Shown piece after piece: positions 1 through 16,450 of a stretch of 64,000 bases of DNA. A program made the translations under genes and the position numbers. The stretch is taken from assembly GCF_054482595.1 (NCBI RefSeq), contig NZ_CM137008.1. One strand, 5' to 3'. The number at the start of each line of letters is the position of its first letter. The stretch's first letter is position 1. The notes under the pieces are model-generated. The model searched no databases. It saw only the letters and a program-made list of their open reading frames with translations, and was not told where the DNA came from.

Positions 1-1
1 G

Positions 2-1168
2 AACTACTCCGTCAGCCATAATGGGCGTTGGGATTACGGCACCAGCGAACTGAAATACTACGGTGAGAAAGTCGAGAACAAAAACCCTGGCAACAGCAGC
101 CCGATAACTTCCGAAAGCAATACGGTCGACGGCAAATACACCTTGCCGCTGACGGCGATTAATCAGTTTCTCACGGTTGGCGGTGAATGGCGTCACGACA
201 AACTTAGTGATGCGGTGAACCTGACCGGGGGAACCAGCTCCAAAACGTCTGCCAGCCAGTACGCGCTGTTTGTGGAAGATGAATGGCGGATCTTCGAGCC
301 GCTGGCGCTGACGACCGGCGTACGTATGGACGATCATGAAACCTACGGTGAACACTGGAGTCCGCGTGCCTACCTGGTTTATAACGCCACCGACACCGTA
401 ACGGTGAAAGGGGGCTGGGCGACGGCATTTAAAGCACCTTCTCTGTTGCAACTTAGCCCTGACTGGACGAGCAATTCCTGCCGTGGCGCATGTAAGATTG
501 TGGGTAGCCCGGATCTGAAACCAGAAACCAGCGAAAGTTGGGAGCTGGGGCTTTACTACATGGGCGAAGAAGGCTGGCTGGAAGGGGTTGAATCCAGCGT
601 TACCGTTTTCCGTAACGATGTGAAAGATCGTATCAGCATCAGCCGTACGTCTGACGTCAATGCTGCACCAGGCTACCAAAACTTTGTCGGTTTTGAGACG
701 GGCGCTAACGGACGGCGCATACCGGTATTTAGCTACTACAACGTTAACAAAGCTCGTATTCAGGGCGTGGAAACCGAACTGAAAATTCCGTTCAACGATG
801 AATGGAAACTGTCGATCAACTACACCTACAACGATGGTCGTGATGTCAGCAACGGCGAAAACAAACCGCTATCCGATCTGCCGTTCCATACTGCTAACGG
901 TACGCTGGACTGGAAACCGCTGGCGCTGGAAGACTGGTCATTCTATGTTTCTGGTCACTATACCGGGCAGAAACGCGCCGACAGCGCGACGGCTAAAACA
1001 CCGGGCGGTTATACCATCTGGAATACCGGCGCGGCCTGGCAGGTGACTAAAGACGTCAAACTGCGCGCAGGCGTGCTGAACCTTGGCGACAAGGATCTCA
1101 GTCGTGACGACTACAGCTATAACGAAGACGGACGTCGTTACTTTATGGCAGTGGATTATCGCTTCTGA
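2..1168 (+). CDS. cirA: TonB-dependent outer-membrane receptor CirA (catecholate siderophore / colicin Ia-Ib receptor), 5'-truncated by window edge
   Basis: Frame of ORF 143..1168 stays open back to nt 2; C-terminus ...MAVDYRF is the typical TonB-dependent receptor terminal Phe; sequence recognised as CirA. Confidence 0.9.
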
Positions 1169-1177
1169 TGAGAAGAT

Positions 1178-1193
1178 GCCCGGCGAACCGGGC
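1178..1193. terminator. GC hairpin (gcccgg-cgaa-ccgggc) between convergent cirA and yeiG; weak U-tract
   Basis: 6-bp perfect stem with 4-nt loop read directly; no strong T-run on either side, so termination efficiency uncertain. Confidence 0.35.
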
Positions 1194-1199
1194 GGACTT

Positions 1200-2069
<870 letters not shown>

Positions 2070-2293
2070 TCATCATACCGTTTATTCAATGTGCTGTGAG
2101 TAACTTTCACTTCCGTATTTGCATAACGATGTTTTAACATCTGCTGATGAAAGGCAGCGGCAATTACAATAATTATCGCTGTGAATACTGGATTATGTGC
2201 GCCGCCTCACGCACAATAATCAGGCTGTAAATCAGCTTAATAACTTTGCCCCCACGCAGGGCGGAGGCGTCACACCTGCAGGAGAAATCATAA

Positions 2294-2962
2294 ATGCCAT
2301 CACTCAGTAAAGAAGCGGCCCTGGTTCATGAAGCGTTAGTTGCGCGAGGACTGGAAACACCGCTGCGCCCGCCCGTGCATGAAATGGATAACGAAACGCG
2401 CAAAAGCCTTATTGCTGGTCATATGACCGAAATCATGCAGCTGCTGAATCTCGACCTGGCTGATGACAGTTTGATGGAAACGCCGCATCGCATCGCTAAA
2501 ATGTATGTCGATGAAATTTTCTCCGGTCTGGATTACGCCAATTTCCCGAAAATCACCCTCATTGAAAACAAAATGAAGGTCGATGAAATGGTCACCGTGC
2601 GCGATATCACTCTGACCAGTACCTGTGAACACCATTTTGTCACTATCGATGGCAAAGCGACGGTAGCCTATATCCCGAAAGATTCGGTGATCGGCCTGTC
2701 GAAAATTAACCGCATCGTGCAGTTCTTTGCCCAGCGCCCGCAGGTGCAGGAACGTCTGACTCAGCAAATCCTCATTGCGCTGCAAACGCTGCTGGGGACC
2801 AATAACGTGGCTGTCTCCATCGACGCGGTGCATTACTGCGTGAAAGCGCGTGGCATCCGCGATGCAACCAGTGCCACGACAACGACCTCTCTTGGTGGAT
2901 TGTTCAAATCCAGTCAGAATACGCGCCACGAGTTTCTGCGCGCTGTGCGTCATCACAACTGA
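2294..2962 (+). CDS. folE: GTP cyclohydrolase I
   Basis: 222-aa ORF recognised as FolE (…STCEHHFV… active-site region). Confidence 0.95.
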
Positions 2963-2978
2963 TTAAAAGGCAGGAACC

Positions 2979-4136
2979 ATGGAGCGCAACGTCACGCTCG
3001 ATTTTGTTCGCGGCGTCGCCATTCTGGGGATCCTGCTATTAAACATCAGCGCCTTTGGGCTACCAAAGGCGGCTTATCTCAATCCCGCCTGGTACGGTGC
3101 TATTACGCCGCAGGATGCATGGACCTGGGCATTTCTCGATCTCATCGGCCAGGTGAAATTCCTCACGCTTTTTGCGCTGCTGTTTGGTGCTGGCCTGCAA
3201 ATGTTGCTGCCCCGTGGCAGACGCTGGATCCAGTCGCGGTTAACGCTGTTAGTCTTGTTGGGCTTTATTCACGGTTTATTGTTCTGGGACGGCGATATTC
3301 TGCTGGCTTACGGGCTGGTGGGCTTAATCTGCTGGCGGCTGGTGCGCGATGCGCCATCGGTAAAAAGCCTGTTTAATACAGGCGTCATGCTTTATCTGGT
3401 GGGGCTTGGCGTTTTGCTGTTATTGGGGTTGATTTCCGACAGCCAGACCAGCCGCGCCTGGACGCCGGATGCATCGGCTATTTTGTATGAAAAATACTGG
3501 AAGCTTCACGGCGGCGTTGAAGCGATCAGTAATCGTGCCGATGGTGTTGGCAACAGTTTACTGGCACTGGGCGCACAGTATGGCTGGCAACTGGCAGGGA
3601 TGATGCTCATTGGTGCGGCGCTGATGCGCAGCGGCTGGCTGAAAGGGCAATTCAGCTTACGTCACTATCGTCGTACTGGTTTTGTGCTGGTGGCGATTGG
3701 GGTGACCATTAACCTTCCTGCCATCGCCCTGCAATGGCAGCTGGACTGGGCGTATCGCTGGTGTGCCTTCTTACTTCAAATGCCGCGGGAACTGAGTGCG
3801 CCGTTTCAGGCGATTGGCTATGCGTCGCTGTTTTATGGCTTCTGGCCGCAATTGAGCCGCTTTAAGCTGGTGCTTGCGATCGCCTGCGTCGGACGGATGG
3901 CGCTGACCAACTATCTATTGCAAACGCTGATTTGTACCACGCTTTTTTACCACCTCGGTTTGTTTATGCAGTTTGACCGTCTGGGATTGCTGGCGTTTGT
4001 TATTCCGGTATGGCTGGCGAATATCCTCTTCTCTGTTATCTGGCTGCGTTACTTCCGCCAGGGGCCGGTGGAATGGCTCTGGCGTCAGTTAACTTTGCGT
4101 GCTGCCGGACCGGCAATATCTAAAACATCAAGATAA
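2979..4136 (+). CDS. yeiB: DUF418-family inner-membrane protein
   Basis: 385-aa polytopic membrane ORF 17 nt downstream of folE; recognised as YeiB. Confidence 0.85.
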   Translation: MERNVTLDFVRGVAILGILLLNISAFGLPKAAYLNPAWYGAITPQDAWTWAFLDLIGQVKFLTLFALLFGAGLQMLLPRGRRWIQSRLTLLVLLGFIHGLLFWDGDILLAYGLVGLICWRLVRDAPSVKSLFNTGVMLYLVGLGVLLLLGLISDSQTSRAWTPDASAILYEKYWKLHGGVEAISNRADGVGNSLLALGAQYGWQLAGMMLIGAALMRSGWLKGQFSLRHYRRTGFVLVAIGVTINLPAIALQWQLDWAYRWCAFLLQMPRELSAPFQAIGYASLFYGFWPQLSRFKLVLAIACVGRMALTNYLLQTLICTTLFYHLGLFMQFDRLGLLAFVIPVWLANILFSVIWLRYFRQGPVEWLWRQLTLRAAGPAISKTSR

Positions 4137-4165
4137 CGATCTGGATCACATTCGTTAACAAAACG

Positions 4166-4183
4166 GCTGTAACCGTTTCCATT
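4166..4183 (+). promoter_or_regulatory. Candidate GalR/GalS operator upstream of galS (gctgtaaccgtttccat)
   Basis: Resembles gal operator half-sites (GTGTAAnCG…); galS is recalled to be autoregulated. Match is partial. Confidence 0.4.
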
Positions 4184-4185
4184 GC

Positions 4186-4201
4186 TGTGACTCGATTCAC
4201 G
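4186..4201 (+). promoter_or_regulatory. CRP-binding site candidate (TGTGA-ctcgat-TCACg) in galS promoter
   Basis: 9/10 match to TGTGA-N6-TCACA consensus read directly; about 80 nt upstream of galS ATG. Confidence 0.5.
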
Positions 4202-4277
4202 AAGTCCTGTATTCAGTGCTGACAAAATAGCCGCCAGCAAGCAGTCATTTACTGCAATCTCATAACAGGTAGTGAAT

Positions 4278-5318
4278 ATGATCACCATTCGTGATGTAGC
4301 GCGTCAGGCTGGCGTCTCTGTGGCAACGGTTTCCCGGGTGCTCAATAACAGCACGCTGGTCAGTGCCGACACGCGTGAAGCAGTAATGAAAGCCGTGAGT
4401 GAGCTGGATTATCGGCCAAACGCCAATGCCCAGGCGCTGGCAACTCAGGTTAGCGACACCATTGGCGTGGTGGTGATGGACGTTTCTGATGCGTTTTTCG
4501 GCGCGCTGGTAAAAGCGGTGGATCTGGTCGCCCAGCAGCATCAGAAATACGTGCTAATCGGCAATAGCTATCATGAAGCGGAAAAAGAACGTCACGCCAT
4601 TGAGGTGTTAATTCGCCAGCGTTGTAATGCATTGATTGTTCACTCAAAAGCATTGAGTGACGATGAACTGGCGCAATTTATGGATAACATTCCCGGTATG
4701 GTGTTAATCAACCGCGTTGTGCCGGGGTACGCCCATCGTTGCGTTTGCCTGGATAATCTCAGCGGTGCCCGAATGGCGACGCGCATGTTGCTGAATAACG
4801 GTCATCAACGTATTGGTTATCTTTCTTCCAGCCACGGCATTGAAGATGACGCCATGCGTAAAGCAGGCTGGATGAGTGCGTTGAAAGAGCAGGATATTAT
4901 TCCGCCGGAAAGCTGGATTGGCACTGGTACGCCGGACATGCCGGGCGGTGAGGCGGCGATGGTTGAACTGCTGGGGCGCAATCTACAACTTACCGCTGTA
5001 TTTGCTTATAACGACAATATGGCTGCTGGCGCACTGACAGCATTAAAAGATAATGGTATTGCGATTCCGTTACATCTCTCAATCATCGGTTTCGATGATA
5101 TTCCCATCGCCCGTTACACCGACCCGCAATTAACGACCGTGCGTTATCCCATTGCTTCAATGGCTAAATTAGCCACCGAACTGGCCTTGCAGGGGGCAGC
5201 AGGCAATATTGATCCTCGTGCCAGCCACTGTTTTATGCCGACGTTAGTGCGTCGTCATTCTGTCGCAACGCGCCAGAATGCGGCGGCGATCACTAACTCA
5301 ACAAATCAGGCGATGTAA
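4278..5318 (+). CDS. galS: Galactose isorepressor GalS (LacI/GalR family)
   Basis: Track ORF starts at GTG 4272; ATG at 4278 gives the 346-aa [14 protein letters not shown]… HTH protein recognised as GalS. Confidence 0.9.
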   Translation: MITIRDVARQAGVSVATVSRVLNNSTLVSADTREAVMKAVSELDYRPNANAQALATQVSDTIGVVVMDVSDAFFGALVKAVDLVAQQHQKYVLIGNSYHEAEKERHAIEVLIRQRCNALIVHSKALSDDELAQFMDNIPGMVLINRVVPGYAHRCVCLDNLSGARMATRMLLNNGHQRIGYLSSSHGIEDDAMRKAGWMSALKEQDIIPPESWIGTGTPDMPGGEAAMVELLGRNLQLTAVFAYNDNMAAGALTALKDNGIAIPLHLSIIGFDDIPIARYTDPQLTTVRYPIASMAKLATELALQGAAGNIDPRASHCFMPTLVRRHSVATRQNAAAITNSTNQAM

Positions 5319-5330
5319 CCGCTTTCAATC

Positions 5331-5346
5331 TGTGAGTGATTTCACA
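5331..5346 (+). promoter_or_regulatory. Perfect CRP consensus site (TGTGA-gtgatt-TCACA) in galS-mglB intergenic region
   Basis: Exact consensus palindrome read directly; mgl is a known CRP-activated operon, but the site lies ~250 nt upstream of mglB ATG so promoter assignment is uncertain. Confidence 0.45.
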
Positions 5347-5597
5347 GTATCTTAACAATGTGATAGCTATGATTGCACCGTTTTAACGTTGTAACCCGTA
5401 TGTAACAGTGAATAATCACTTTCACCGAGGTAATAGCGTCATAACAACAATTAAAGCCGTTTTCTGGAGCGTTACCGGGCATGGAAGAACGAATTTTAAA
5501 AAGTGAGCTTCGGCGTTCAGTAACACTTCATTAACTCTACTGCCCCGCCGAGCATTTATCTCAAGCACTACCCTGCATAAGAAAAACCGGAGATACC

Positions 5598-6596
5598 ATG
5601 AATAAGAAGGTGTTAACCCTGTCTGCTGTGATGGCCAGCATGTTATTCGGTGCCGCTGCACACGCTGCTGATACTCGCATTGGTGTAACAATCTATAAGT
5701 ACGACGATAACTTTATGTCTGTGGTGCGCAAGGCTATTGAGCAGGATGCGAAAGCCGCGCCAGATGTTCAGCTGCTGATGAATGATTCTCAGAATGACCA
5801 GTCCAAGCAGAACGATCAGATCGACGTATTGCTGGCGAAAGGGGTGAAGGCACTGGCAATCAACCTGGTTGACCCGGCAGCTGCGGGTACGGTGATTGAG
5901 AAAGCGCGTGGGCAAAACGTGCCGGTGGTTTTCTTTAACAAAGAACCGTCTCGTAAGGCGCTGGATAGCTACGACAAAGCCTACTACGTTGGCACTGACT
6001 CCAAAGAGTCCGGCATTATTCAGGGCGATTTGATTGCTAAACACTGGGCGGCGAATCAGGGTTGGGATCTGAACAAAGACGGTCAGATTCAGTTCGTACT
6101 GCTGAAAGGTGAACCGGGCCATCCGGATGCAGAAGCACGTACCACTTACGTGATTAAAGAATTGAACGATAAAGGCATCAAAACTGAACAGTTACAGTTA
6201 GATACCGCAATGTGGGACACCGCTCAGGCGAAAGATAAGATGGACGCCTGGCTGTCTGGCCCGAACGCCAACAAAATCGAAGTGGTTATCGCCAACAACG
6301 ATGCGATGGCAATGGGCGCGGTAGAAGCACTGAAAGCACACAACAAGTCCAGCATTCCGGTGTTTGGCGTCGATGCGCTGCCAGAAGCGCTGGCGCTGGT
6401 GAAATCCGGTGCACTGGCGGGCACCGTACTGAACGATGCTAACAACCAGGCGAAAGCGACCTTTGATCTGGCGAAAAACCTGGCCGATGGCAAAGGTGCG
6501 GCTGATGGCACCAACTGGAAAATCGACAACAAAGTGGTCCGCGTACCTTATGTTGGCGTAGATAAAGACAACCTGGCTGAATTCAGCAAGAAATAA
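5598..6596 (+). CDS. mglB: Periplasmic D-galactose/D-glucose-binding protein
   Basis: 332-aa ORF with signal peptide (…[12 protein letters not shown]); recognised as MglB. Confidence 0.95.
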   Translation: MNKKVLTLSAVMASMLFGAAAHAADTRIGVTIYKYDDNFMSVVRKAIEQDAKAAPDVQLLMNDSQNDQSKQNDQIDVLLAKGVKALAINLVDPAAAGTVIEKARGQNVPVVFFNKEPSRKALDSYDKAYYVGTDSKESGIIQGDLIAKHWAANQGWDLNKDGQIQFVLLKGEPGHPDAEARTTYVIKELNDKGIKTEQLQLDTAMWDTAQAKDKMDAWLSGPNANKIEVVIANNDAMAMGAVEALKAHNKSSIPVFGVDALPEALALVKSGALAGTVLNDANNQAKATFDLAKNLADGKGAADGTNWKIDNKVVRVPYVGVDKDNLAEFSKK

Positions 6597-6604
6597 GACT
6601 GATT

Positions 6605-6635
6605 GGGCGCAGTCGTTTACTGCGCCCTTATTGTA
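6605..6635 (+). terminator. Intra-operon hairpin/partial terminator between mglB and mglA
   Basis: gggcgca…tgcgccc 7-bp stem followed by ttattgtat; position fits differential expression of binding protein versus transporter. Confidence 0.45.
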
Positions 6636-6656
6636 TGGCCAACAAGGTAAAATTAT

Positions 6657-8177
6657 ATGGTCAGCTCAACGACTCCGTCTTCCGGGGAATACTTGTTGGA
6701 AATGAGCGGTATCAACAAGTCCTTTCCTGGTGTTAAGGCACTTGATAACGTTAATTTAAAAGTCCGGCCACATTCTATCCATGCATTAATGGGGGAAAAC
6801 GGCGCAGGAAAATCAACATTATTAAAATGCCTGTTTGGTATTTATCAAAAAGACTCCGGCACCATTTTATTCCAGGGTAAAGAGATCGATTTCCATTCTG
6901 CCAAAGAAGCACTGGAAAATGGTATTTCGATGGTACACCAGGAGTTAAACCTGGTATTACAACGTTCGGTGATGGATAACATGTGGCTGGGGCGATATCC
7001 CACCAAAGGCATGTTTGTCGATCAGGACAAAATGTACCGCGAAACCAAAGCGATTTTTGATGAACTGGATATTGATATCGATCCGCGTGCGCGCGTCGGC
7101 ACATTATCTGTTTCGCAAATGCAGATGATCGAAATCGCCAAAGCGTTTTCCTATAACGCGAAAATTGTAATTATGGATGAACCGACTTCTTCGTTAACCG
7201 AAAAAGAGGTCAATCATCTGTTCACTATTATTCGTAAATTAAAAGAGCGCGGCTGCGGTATTGTTTATATCTCGCATAAAATGGAAGAAATCTTCCAGTT
7301 ATGTGATGAAGTTACCGTATTGCGCGACGGTCAGTGGATCGCCACCGAACCGCTGGCAGGGCTGACGATGGACAAGATTATCGCCATGATGGTTGGGCGT
7401 TCTCTTAACCAGCGTTTTCCTGACAAAGAAAACAAGCCGGGCGAAGTCATCCTCGAGGTGCGTAACCTGACGTCACTGCGCCAGCCGTCGATTCGCGATG
7501 TCTCGTTTGATCTGCATAAAGGGGAGATCCTCGGTATTGCCGGTCTGGTGGGGGCGAAACGTACCGATATTGTTGAGACGTTATTTGGTATTCGCGAGAA
7601 ATCGGCTGGCACCATTACGTTGCACGGCAAAAAGATCAATAACCATAATGCCAATGAAGCCATAAACCACGGATTTGCTCTGGTAACTGAGGAGCGCCGC
7701 TCAACGGGAATTTATGCCTATCTGGATATCGGTTTTAACTCGTTAATTTCCAATATTCGCAACTACAAAAATAAAGTTGGTTTACTGGATAACTCGCGGA
7801 TGAAAAGCGATACCCAGTGGGTGATTGATTCGATGCGGGTAAAAACACCGGGGCATCGGACGCAAATTGGTTCGCTCTCAGGTGGTAATCAGCAAAAGGT
7901 GATTATTGGGCGCTGGCTACTAACGCAACCGGAAATATTAATGCTCGATGAACCGACGCGCGGTATTGATGTCGGGGCGAAGTTTGAGATCTATCAGTTA
8001 ATTGCCGAACTGGCGAAGAAAGGCAAAGGGATTATTATTATCTCCTCTGAAATGCCTGAGTTGTTAGGGATAACAGACCGTATTCTGGTCATGAGCAATG
8101 GTCTCGTTTCCGGAATTGTCGACACAAAAACAACAACGCAAAACGAAATTCTGCGTCTTGCGTCTTTGCACCTTTAA
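6657..8177 (+). CDS. mglA: Galactose/methyl-galactoside ABC transporter ATP-binding protein (duplicated ABC domains)
   Basis: 506-aa ORF with two Walker A motifs (GENGAGKST, and a second ABC half); recognised as MglA. Confidence 0.95.
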   Translation: MVSSTTPSSGEYLLEMSGINKSFPGVKALDNVNLKVRPHSIHALMGENGAGKSTLLKCLFGIYQKDSGTILFQGKEIDFHSAKEALENGISMVHQELNLVLQRSVMDNMWLGRYPTKGMFVDQDKMYRETKAIFDELDIDIDPRARVGTLSVSQMQMIEIAKAFSYNAKIVIMDEPTSSLTEKEVNHLFTIIRKLKERGCGIVYISHKMEEIFQLCDEVTVLRDGQWIATEPLAGLTMDKIIAMMVGRSLNQRFPDKENKPGEVILEVRNLTSLRQPSIRDVSFDLHKGEILGIAGLVGAKRTDIVETLFGIREKSAGTITLHGKKINNHNANEAINHGFALVTEERRSTGIYAYLDIGFNSLISNIRNYKNKVGLLDNSRMKSDTQWVIDSMRVKTPGHRTQIGSLSGGNQQKVIIGRWLLTQPEILMLDEPTRGIDVGAKFEIYQLIAELAKKGKGIIIISSEMPELLGITDRILVMSNGLVSGIVDTKTTTQNEILRLASLHL

Positions 8178-8192
8178 GATTAGGGGCTTCCC

Positions 8193-9203
8193 ATGAGTGC
8201 GTTAAATAAGAAAAGTTTTCTTACTTACCTGAAAGAGGGCGGTATTTACGTCGTTCTTTTAGTTTTGCTGGCGATTATTATTTTCCAGGACCCAACATTT
8301 TTAAGTCTGTTGAACTTAAGTAATATTCTCACCCAGTCATCGGTGCGTATTATTATCGCGCTCGGTGTGGCAGGGTTAATTGTCACCCAGGGGACCGACC
8401 TTTCTGCGGGGCGTCAAGTAGGGCTGGCGGCAGTGGTGGCAGCGACATTATTGCAGTCCATGGATAACGCCAACAAAGTGTTCCCGGAAATGGCGACGAT
8501 GCCGATTGCGCTGGTTATTCTGATTGTCTGTGCCATTGGTGCGGTGATCGGTTTGATCAACGGTCTGATTATCGCTTATCTCAACGTGACGCCGTTCATT
8601 ACCACGCTCGGCACGATGATCATCGTCTATGGCATCAACTCGCTCTATTACGACTTTGTCGGGGCGTCGCCAATTTCTGGTTTTGACAGTGGCTTCTCTA
8701 CCTTTGCTCAGGGCTTTGTCGCGTTGGGGAGTTTCCGTCTCTCTTACATCACTTTCTACGCGTTGATTGCGGTGGCGTTCGTCTGGGTGTTGTGGAACAA
8801 AACCCGCTTCGGTAAGAACATTTTTGCCATTGGCGGTAACCCGGAAGCGGCAAAAGTATCTGGTGTCAATGTCGGCCTGAACCTGCTGATGATCTACGCG
8901 TTGTCTGGCGTGTTCTATGCCTTTGGCGGGATGTTAGAAGCCGGACGTATCGGCTCTGCCACCAACAACCTCGGCTTTATGTATGAGCTGGATGCTATCG
9001 CGGCGTGCGTGGTAGGCGGTGTATCGTTCAGCGGCGGTGTGGGGACGGTGATTGGTGTGGTTACCGGGGTAATTATTTTTACCGTCATCAACTATGGCCT
9101 GACGTATATCGGCGTAAACCCATACTGGCAGTACATCATCAAAGGGGCGATTATTATCTTCGCCGTGGCGCTGGATTCACTGAAATACGCGCGTAAGAAG
9201 TGA
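8193..9203 (+). CDS. mglC: Galactose/methyl-galactoside ABC transporter permease
   Basis: 336-aa hydrophobic ORF following mglA; recognised as MglC. Confidence 0.95.
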   Translation: MSALNKKSFLTYLKEGGIYVVLLVLLAIIIFQDPTFLSLLNLSNILTQSSVRIIIALGVAGLIVTQGTDLSAGRQVGLAAVVAATLLQSMDNANKVFPEMATMPIALVILIVCAIGAVIGLINGLIIAYLNVTPFITTLGTMIIVYGINSLYYDFVGASPISGFDSGFSTFAQGFVALGSFRLSYITFYALIAVAFVWVLWNKTRFGKNIFAIGGNPEAAKVSGVNVGLNLLMIYALSGVFYAFGGMLEAGRIGSATNNLGFMYELDAIAACVVGGVSFSGGVGTVIGVVTGVIIFTVINYGLTYIGVNPYWQYIIKGAIIIFAVALDSLKYARKK

Positions 9204-9217
9204 TGTGATTGTGGGTA

Positions 9218-9262
9218 TTGCCGGATGCGCCGCATCCGGCAATCGGTGCCAAATGCCGGATG
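9218..9262. repeat. REP-like palindromic unit(s) between convergent mglC and preA
   Basis: gccggatgcgccgcatccggc palindrome plus second gccggatgcg copy, typical REP core. Confidence 0.5.
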
Positions 9263-9273
9263 CGTCTCTGGTT

Positions 9274-10509
9274 TTACAACGTTACCGGGTGTTCTTTCTC
9301 GCCTTTCTTAAACTTCACTTCCCCGAGCTCAATACAACCCACCGGGCAGACGTGACCACAAAGCAGACAACCCACACATTTCTCGGTATTACAATGCGGT
9401 GTGCGGGTTTTCTCGCTCCATTCCATCGCCTGGTGACCGCCGTCGTAACAGGAAATATAACAGCGTCCACAGCCAACACATTTATCAAGATTGATACGGG
9501 GATAGACAATATAACTGCGGTCTAAATCTTCCGCCGGGACAATATTGTTATTCGCCAGACCTACCATCTCCTGCAACGAATCAAATCCCTGATCGGCGAG
9601 ATAATGCGACAACCCGCTCGCCATATCTTCCACTATCCGATACCCGTACTGCATAATGCCGGTGGTGACCTGTAACGTTGCTGCGCCGAGCAATAAAAAC
9701 TCCGCCGCATCCTCCCAGGTTTCAATGCCGCCGATACCGCTGATTGGGAAATCGCGCAGTTCTGGATGGGTGCGCATTTGCTGAATGAAGCGCAGGGCGA
9801 TCGGTTTTACCGCTTTACCGGAATATCCGGAAATACTCGATTTTCCGTTAACGATCGGCATACCGATTTTCTGATTAAGATCGATATTGGTGATGGATTT
9901 AACGGTGTTAATCGCCGCAATGCCATCTGCGCCGCCGCGCTTCGCCGCCAGCGCCACTTCGCACATATCACCGATATTCGGCGTCATCTTCGCCAGCATT
10001 GGCAGCGTGGAACCCCGTTTCACTGCCCGACAATATTTTTCTACTAGCTCCGGGCTTTGCCCGACATCGCTACCCATCGCATGAGAAGTCATTTGCGGAC
10101 AGGAGAAGTTACACTCGATCATATCCGCGCCAGCTTCTTGCACCAGGCGCGCCAGCTCCTCCCATTGCTGCTCATTTTCCCCCATGATCGAAGCGATCAA
10201 TACTTTGTCCGGGTAATCTTCCTTCAGCCGACGCAGGGCGGCCAGATTCTCTTCCAACGGATGTTCAGCAATCTGCTCCATATTTTTGAAGCCGATAAAA
10301 CCGGTATCTTCTTTCACCAGATGATCAAAACGCGGCGAGACTTCGTTGGCGATAAAAAAGCCGATCGTTTTAAACACCACACCGCCCCAACCTGTGTCGT
10401 AGGCTTTGGCACACATCTCATAGCAGTTGCCTACCGGCGAAGAAGAGAGGCAGAACGGGTTGGGAAACTTCACGCCGCAAAAAGTAATCGAAAGATCTTT
10501 CGTTAACAT
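9274..10509 (-). CDS. preA: NAD-dependent dihydropyrimidine dehydrogenase subunit PreA (DHOD-like, with 4Fe-4S ferredoxin domain)
   Basis: Track ORF begins at TTG 10515; ATG at 10509 gives the 411-aa [15 protein letters not shown]… protein; C-terminal CxxCxxCxxxCP ferredoxin motifs. Confidence 0.9.
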   Translation of the reverse strand: MLTKDLSITFCGVKFPNPFCLSSSPVGNCYEMCAKAYDTGWGGVVFKTIGFFIANEVSPRFDHLVKEDTGFIGFKNMEQIAEHPLEENLAALRRLKEDYPDKVLIASIMGENEQQWEELARLVQEAGADMIECNFSCPQMTSHAMGSDVGQSPELVEKYCRAVKRGSTLPMLAKMTPNIGDMCEVALAAKRGGADGIAAINTVKSITNIDLNQKIGMPIVNGKSSISGYSGKAVKPIALRFIQQMRTHPELRDFPISGIGGIETWEDAAEFLLLGAATLQVTTGIMQYGYRIVEDMASGLSHYLADQGFDSLQEMVGLANNNIVPAEDLDRSYIVYPRINLDKCVGCGRCYISCYDGGHQAMEWSEKTRTPHCNTEKCVGCLLCGHVCPVGCIELGEVKFKKGEKEHPVTL

Positions 10510-11741
10510 GAGCAAGCTCCCTCTAAATAGTGATGAATCGCCTCGGCGGCTTCTTTCCCGGTTTTCACGGCATAGACCACGGTTTTGTCACCCTCAACAA
10601 TATCGCCAGCAGCAAAGACTTGCGGATCGCGGGTCTGATAATTTTGTGTTTTGATGGTGTTACGCTGCGGCTCTAACTTCGCAAAGGCATCCAGTCTGGC
10701 ATGCTGACCGACGGCGAGAATAATTTTATCTGCCGCCATCGTCAGTTCGCCCGATAACCGTACATGCTTAAACGTGACTTTATTGCCTTCCACGGCTACT
10801 GGCGTGAATCCATCGATGATCGAAACGCCCAGCTCCCGGGCGCTGGCAAACTCTTTTTCGCTTGCCGGAAACTCATCTAACTCTTCACGCGCTATGCAGG
10901 TTACCGCCTGACAGCCGAGAACTTTCAGCGTGCTGGCTACGTCCATCGCGACATCACCGCCGCCGATAATTAATGCGCTTTGTGGAATGCTGATATCGCC
11001 TTGCGCCTGTCGTGCACGTAGCAGGAAGTCGACGGCAATCTCAACGTCGCTATGCTCAAACAGCGGTAGCCCGGAACCGCTTGATAACCCCACGGTGACC
11101 AGTACCGCGCGGTTTTCCGCTTTCAGTTGCTCCAGGGTGAGTGTTTTACCGATTTCGTTATTGCACTTAATGGTCACGCCCATTTTTTCAATACGGGCGA
11201 TCTCTGCATCCAGCACTGATTGCGGTAACCGGAATTGCGGAATACCGTTACGCAACCAGCCACCGGGGTGCGCTTCTTTCTCATAAATCGTGACGTCATA
11301 ACCCTGGTTTGTCAGTGTCACACTGGCCTGCAATCCGGCAGGACCTGCGCCAATAATCGCGACTTTGCCGAGCGTTTTAGTACCAGGCTGATAAATTTCC
11401 ATCCCGGTTTGTTGTTCAAAATCAGTAACAAAACGCTGTAAGCGGCCGATATCAATGGGAGCATCAACACCGGCACGGGTACAACCGCTTTGGCATAATT
11501 TCTCCGTCGGGCACACTCTGGCACAAACGGCACCGAGGGCATTATTTTCGCGAATTGTCTCGGCAGCGCCTTTAAAATTACGAAAGTAGATTGAGCGAAT
11601 AAATTTCCCCGGATCGGTCTGTGCCGGGCAAGCCTGACTACAGGGAGCGTCGTGACATAATAAACAGCGAGAGGCTTCTTTAATCGCCAGTAAAGGCGTA
11701 AAAGCCGGAGTGAGTTCATCCAGATAATTTTGTTGCGGCAT
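10503..11741 (-). CDS. preT: NAD-dependent dihydropyrimidine dehydrogenase subunit PreT (FAD/NAD-binding, GltD-like)
   Basis: 412-aa ORF with GAGPAG dinucleotide-binding motif; stop overlaps preA start by 7 nt (coupled). Confidence 0.9.
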   Translation of the reverse strand: MPQQNYLDELTPAFTPLLAIKEASRCLLCHDAPCSQACPAQTDPGKFIRSIYFRNFKGAAETIRENNALGAVCARVCPTEKLCQSGCTRAGVDAPIDIGRLQRFVTDFEQQTGMEIYQPGTKTLGKVAIIGAGPAGLQASVTLTNQGYDVTIYEKEAHPGGWLRNGIPQFRLPQSVLDAEIARIEKMGVTIKCNNEIGKTLTLEQLKAENRAVLVTVGLSSGSGLPLFEHSDVEIAVDFLLRARQAQGDISIPQSALIIGGGDVAMDVASTLKVLGCQAVTCIAREELDEFPASEKEFASARELGVSIIDGFTPVAVEGNKVTFKHVRLSGELTMAADKIILAVGQHARLDAFAKLEPQRNTIKTQNYQTRDPQVFAAGDIVEGDKTVVYAVKTGKEAAEAIHHYLEGACSC

Positions 11742-11934
11742 GTGATCTTCCTTAATGCTATGAGTAATTAAGGCGAACGCTAAATAAATATTGCGTGCTG
11801 ATATTAAGGCTATGCGCGTGGGGAAATTTAAACTGTGAAAGGATTCACAAATAGCTGCGGTTCAGAATGTTATATCCGCAGCTTATTGAGTGAAGTAATA
11901 ATTATTCTCAATAATTAACAGAAAAGAGAAAATA

Positions 11935-13930
<1,996 letters not shown>

Positions 13931-14059
13931 GGCGTTGCCTCATAATCATGTAATGGGATAACAGTTTACGAACCCGTTATGGCTTTATATGTGATCTGAA
14001 TCTCATTAATTATGCAACGCGTGAAACTTACATCAAAAATGCGCGACGCATCGCAAATT

Positions 14060-15186
<1,127 letters not shown>

Positions 15187-15388
15187 TTAATTCGTAAAAC
15201 GTGCTACCGATCACATTAAGAAATCAGCGCTTATTTTTTCGCTCCCCGGTATTACGCAATGAGCAGCGAACTCAGGCATACATCAAGCATAGAGAGGGAT
15301 TGCAGTTTGCAGCAATCCCTCTTTGCAGACCTTTAATCCGCTGACCATAGGCGCTAACATAGCGCCTCATTTTTTTGCGGGTGATGAT

Positions 15389-16339
15389 ATGCGTGTGTTA
15401 CTGGCACCGATGGAGGGTGTGCTTGACTCTCTGGTGCGTGAATTGCTGACCGAAGTTAACGACTACGATCTGTGCATCACCGAGTTTGTCCGCGTGGTGG
15501 ATCAACTGCTGCCGGTAAAAGTCTTTCATCGCATTTGCCCTGAGTTACAAAACGCCAGCCGGACACCATCCGGTACGCTGGTGCGCGTTCAGTTGTTAGG
15601 TCAGTTCCCACAATGGCTGGCAGAGAACGCCGCCCGTGCGGTGGAGTTAGGTTCCTGGGGCGTGGATCTCAATTGCGGCTGCCCGTCGAAAACGGTTAAC
15701 GGTAGCGGCGGCGGGGCGACGTTACTCAAAGATCCTGAACTCATCTACCAGGGGGCAAAAGCGATGCGTGAAGCTGTACCGGCGCATTTGCCCGTCAGCG
15801 TGAAAGTGCGTCTGGGCTGGGACAGCGGTGAGAAGAAATTTGAAATCGCCGATGCGGTTCAACAGGCTGGTGCTACGGAGCTGGTGGTGCATGGACGGAC
15901 AAAAGAGCAGGGTTACCGCGCGGAGCATATTGACTGGCAGGCGATTGGTGAGATTCGCCAGCGGCTGAATATTCCGGTGATTGCCAACGGTGAAATCTGG
16001 GACTGGCAGAGCGCGCAACAATGCATGGCGATCAGCGGCTGCGACGCAGTGATGATTGGTCGCGGGGCGCTCAATATTCCCAACCTGAGCCGGGTGGTAA
16101 AATATAACGAACCGCGAATGCCGTGGCCGGAGGTGGTTGCTTTGCTGCAAAAATATACCCGTCTGGAAAAGCAGGGCGATACCGGGTTATATCACGTAGC
16201 GCGGATTAAACAGTGGTTGAGTTATTTGCGTAAAGAATACGATGAAGCAACGGAATTATTTCAGCATGTTCGGGTGTTGAATAATTCCCATGATATTGCA
16301 AGGGCTATTCAGGCAATTGATATCGATAAGCTGCGATAA
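15389..16339 (+). CDS. dusC: tRNA-dihydrouridine(16) synthase
   Basis: ATG at 15389 gives the 316-aa [14 protein letters not shown]… Dus-family TIM-barrel protein; track ORF starts upstream. Confidence 0.9.
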   Translation: MRVLLAPMEGVLDSLVRELLTEVNDYDLCITEFVRVVDQLLPVKVFHRICPELQNASRTPSGTLVRVQLLGQFPQWLAENAARAVELGSWGVDLNCGCPSKTVNGSGGGATLLKDPELIYQGAKAMREAVPAHLPVSVKVRLGWDSGEKKFEIADAVQQAGATELVVHGRTKEQGYRAEHIDWQAIGEIRQRLNIPVIANGEIWDWQSAQQCMAISGCDAVMIGRGALNIPNLSRVVKYNEPRMPWPEVVALLQKYTRLEKQGDTGLYHVARIKQWLSYLRKEYDEATELFQHVRVLNNSHDIARAIQAIDIDKLR

Positions 16340-16450
16340 TAGTGGAATCGCAGTTTATCAGAGACAATGAATCGCTTATTCAGCTTCATCATCTTGTTGC
16401 GCTCCTTTCATGAGCTAAGCCACATATTGCCACTGGCGCAAGGAGCGCGC

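Noticed and set aside
143-1168. cirA start at the first ATG (143) as given by the ORF track
   Set aside because: The reading frame is open to nt 2 and CirA is far longer than 341 aa; the gene is truncated by the window edge.
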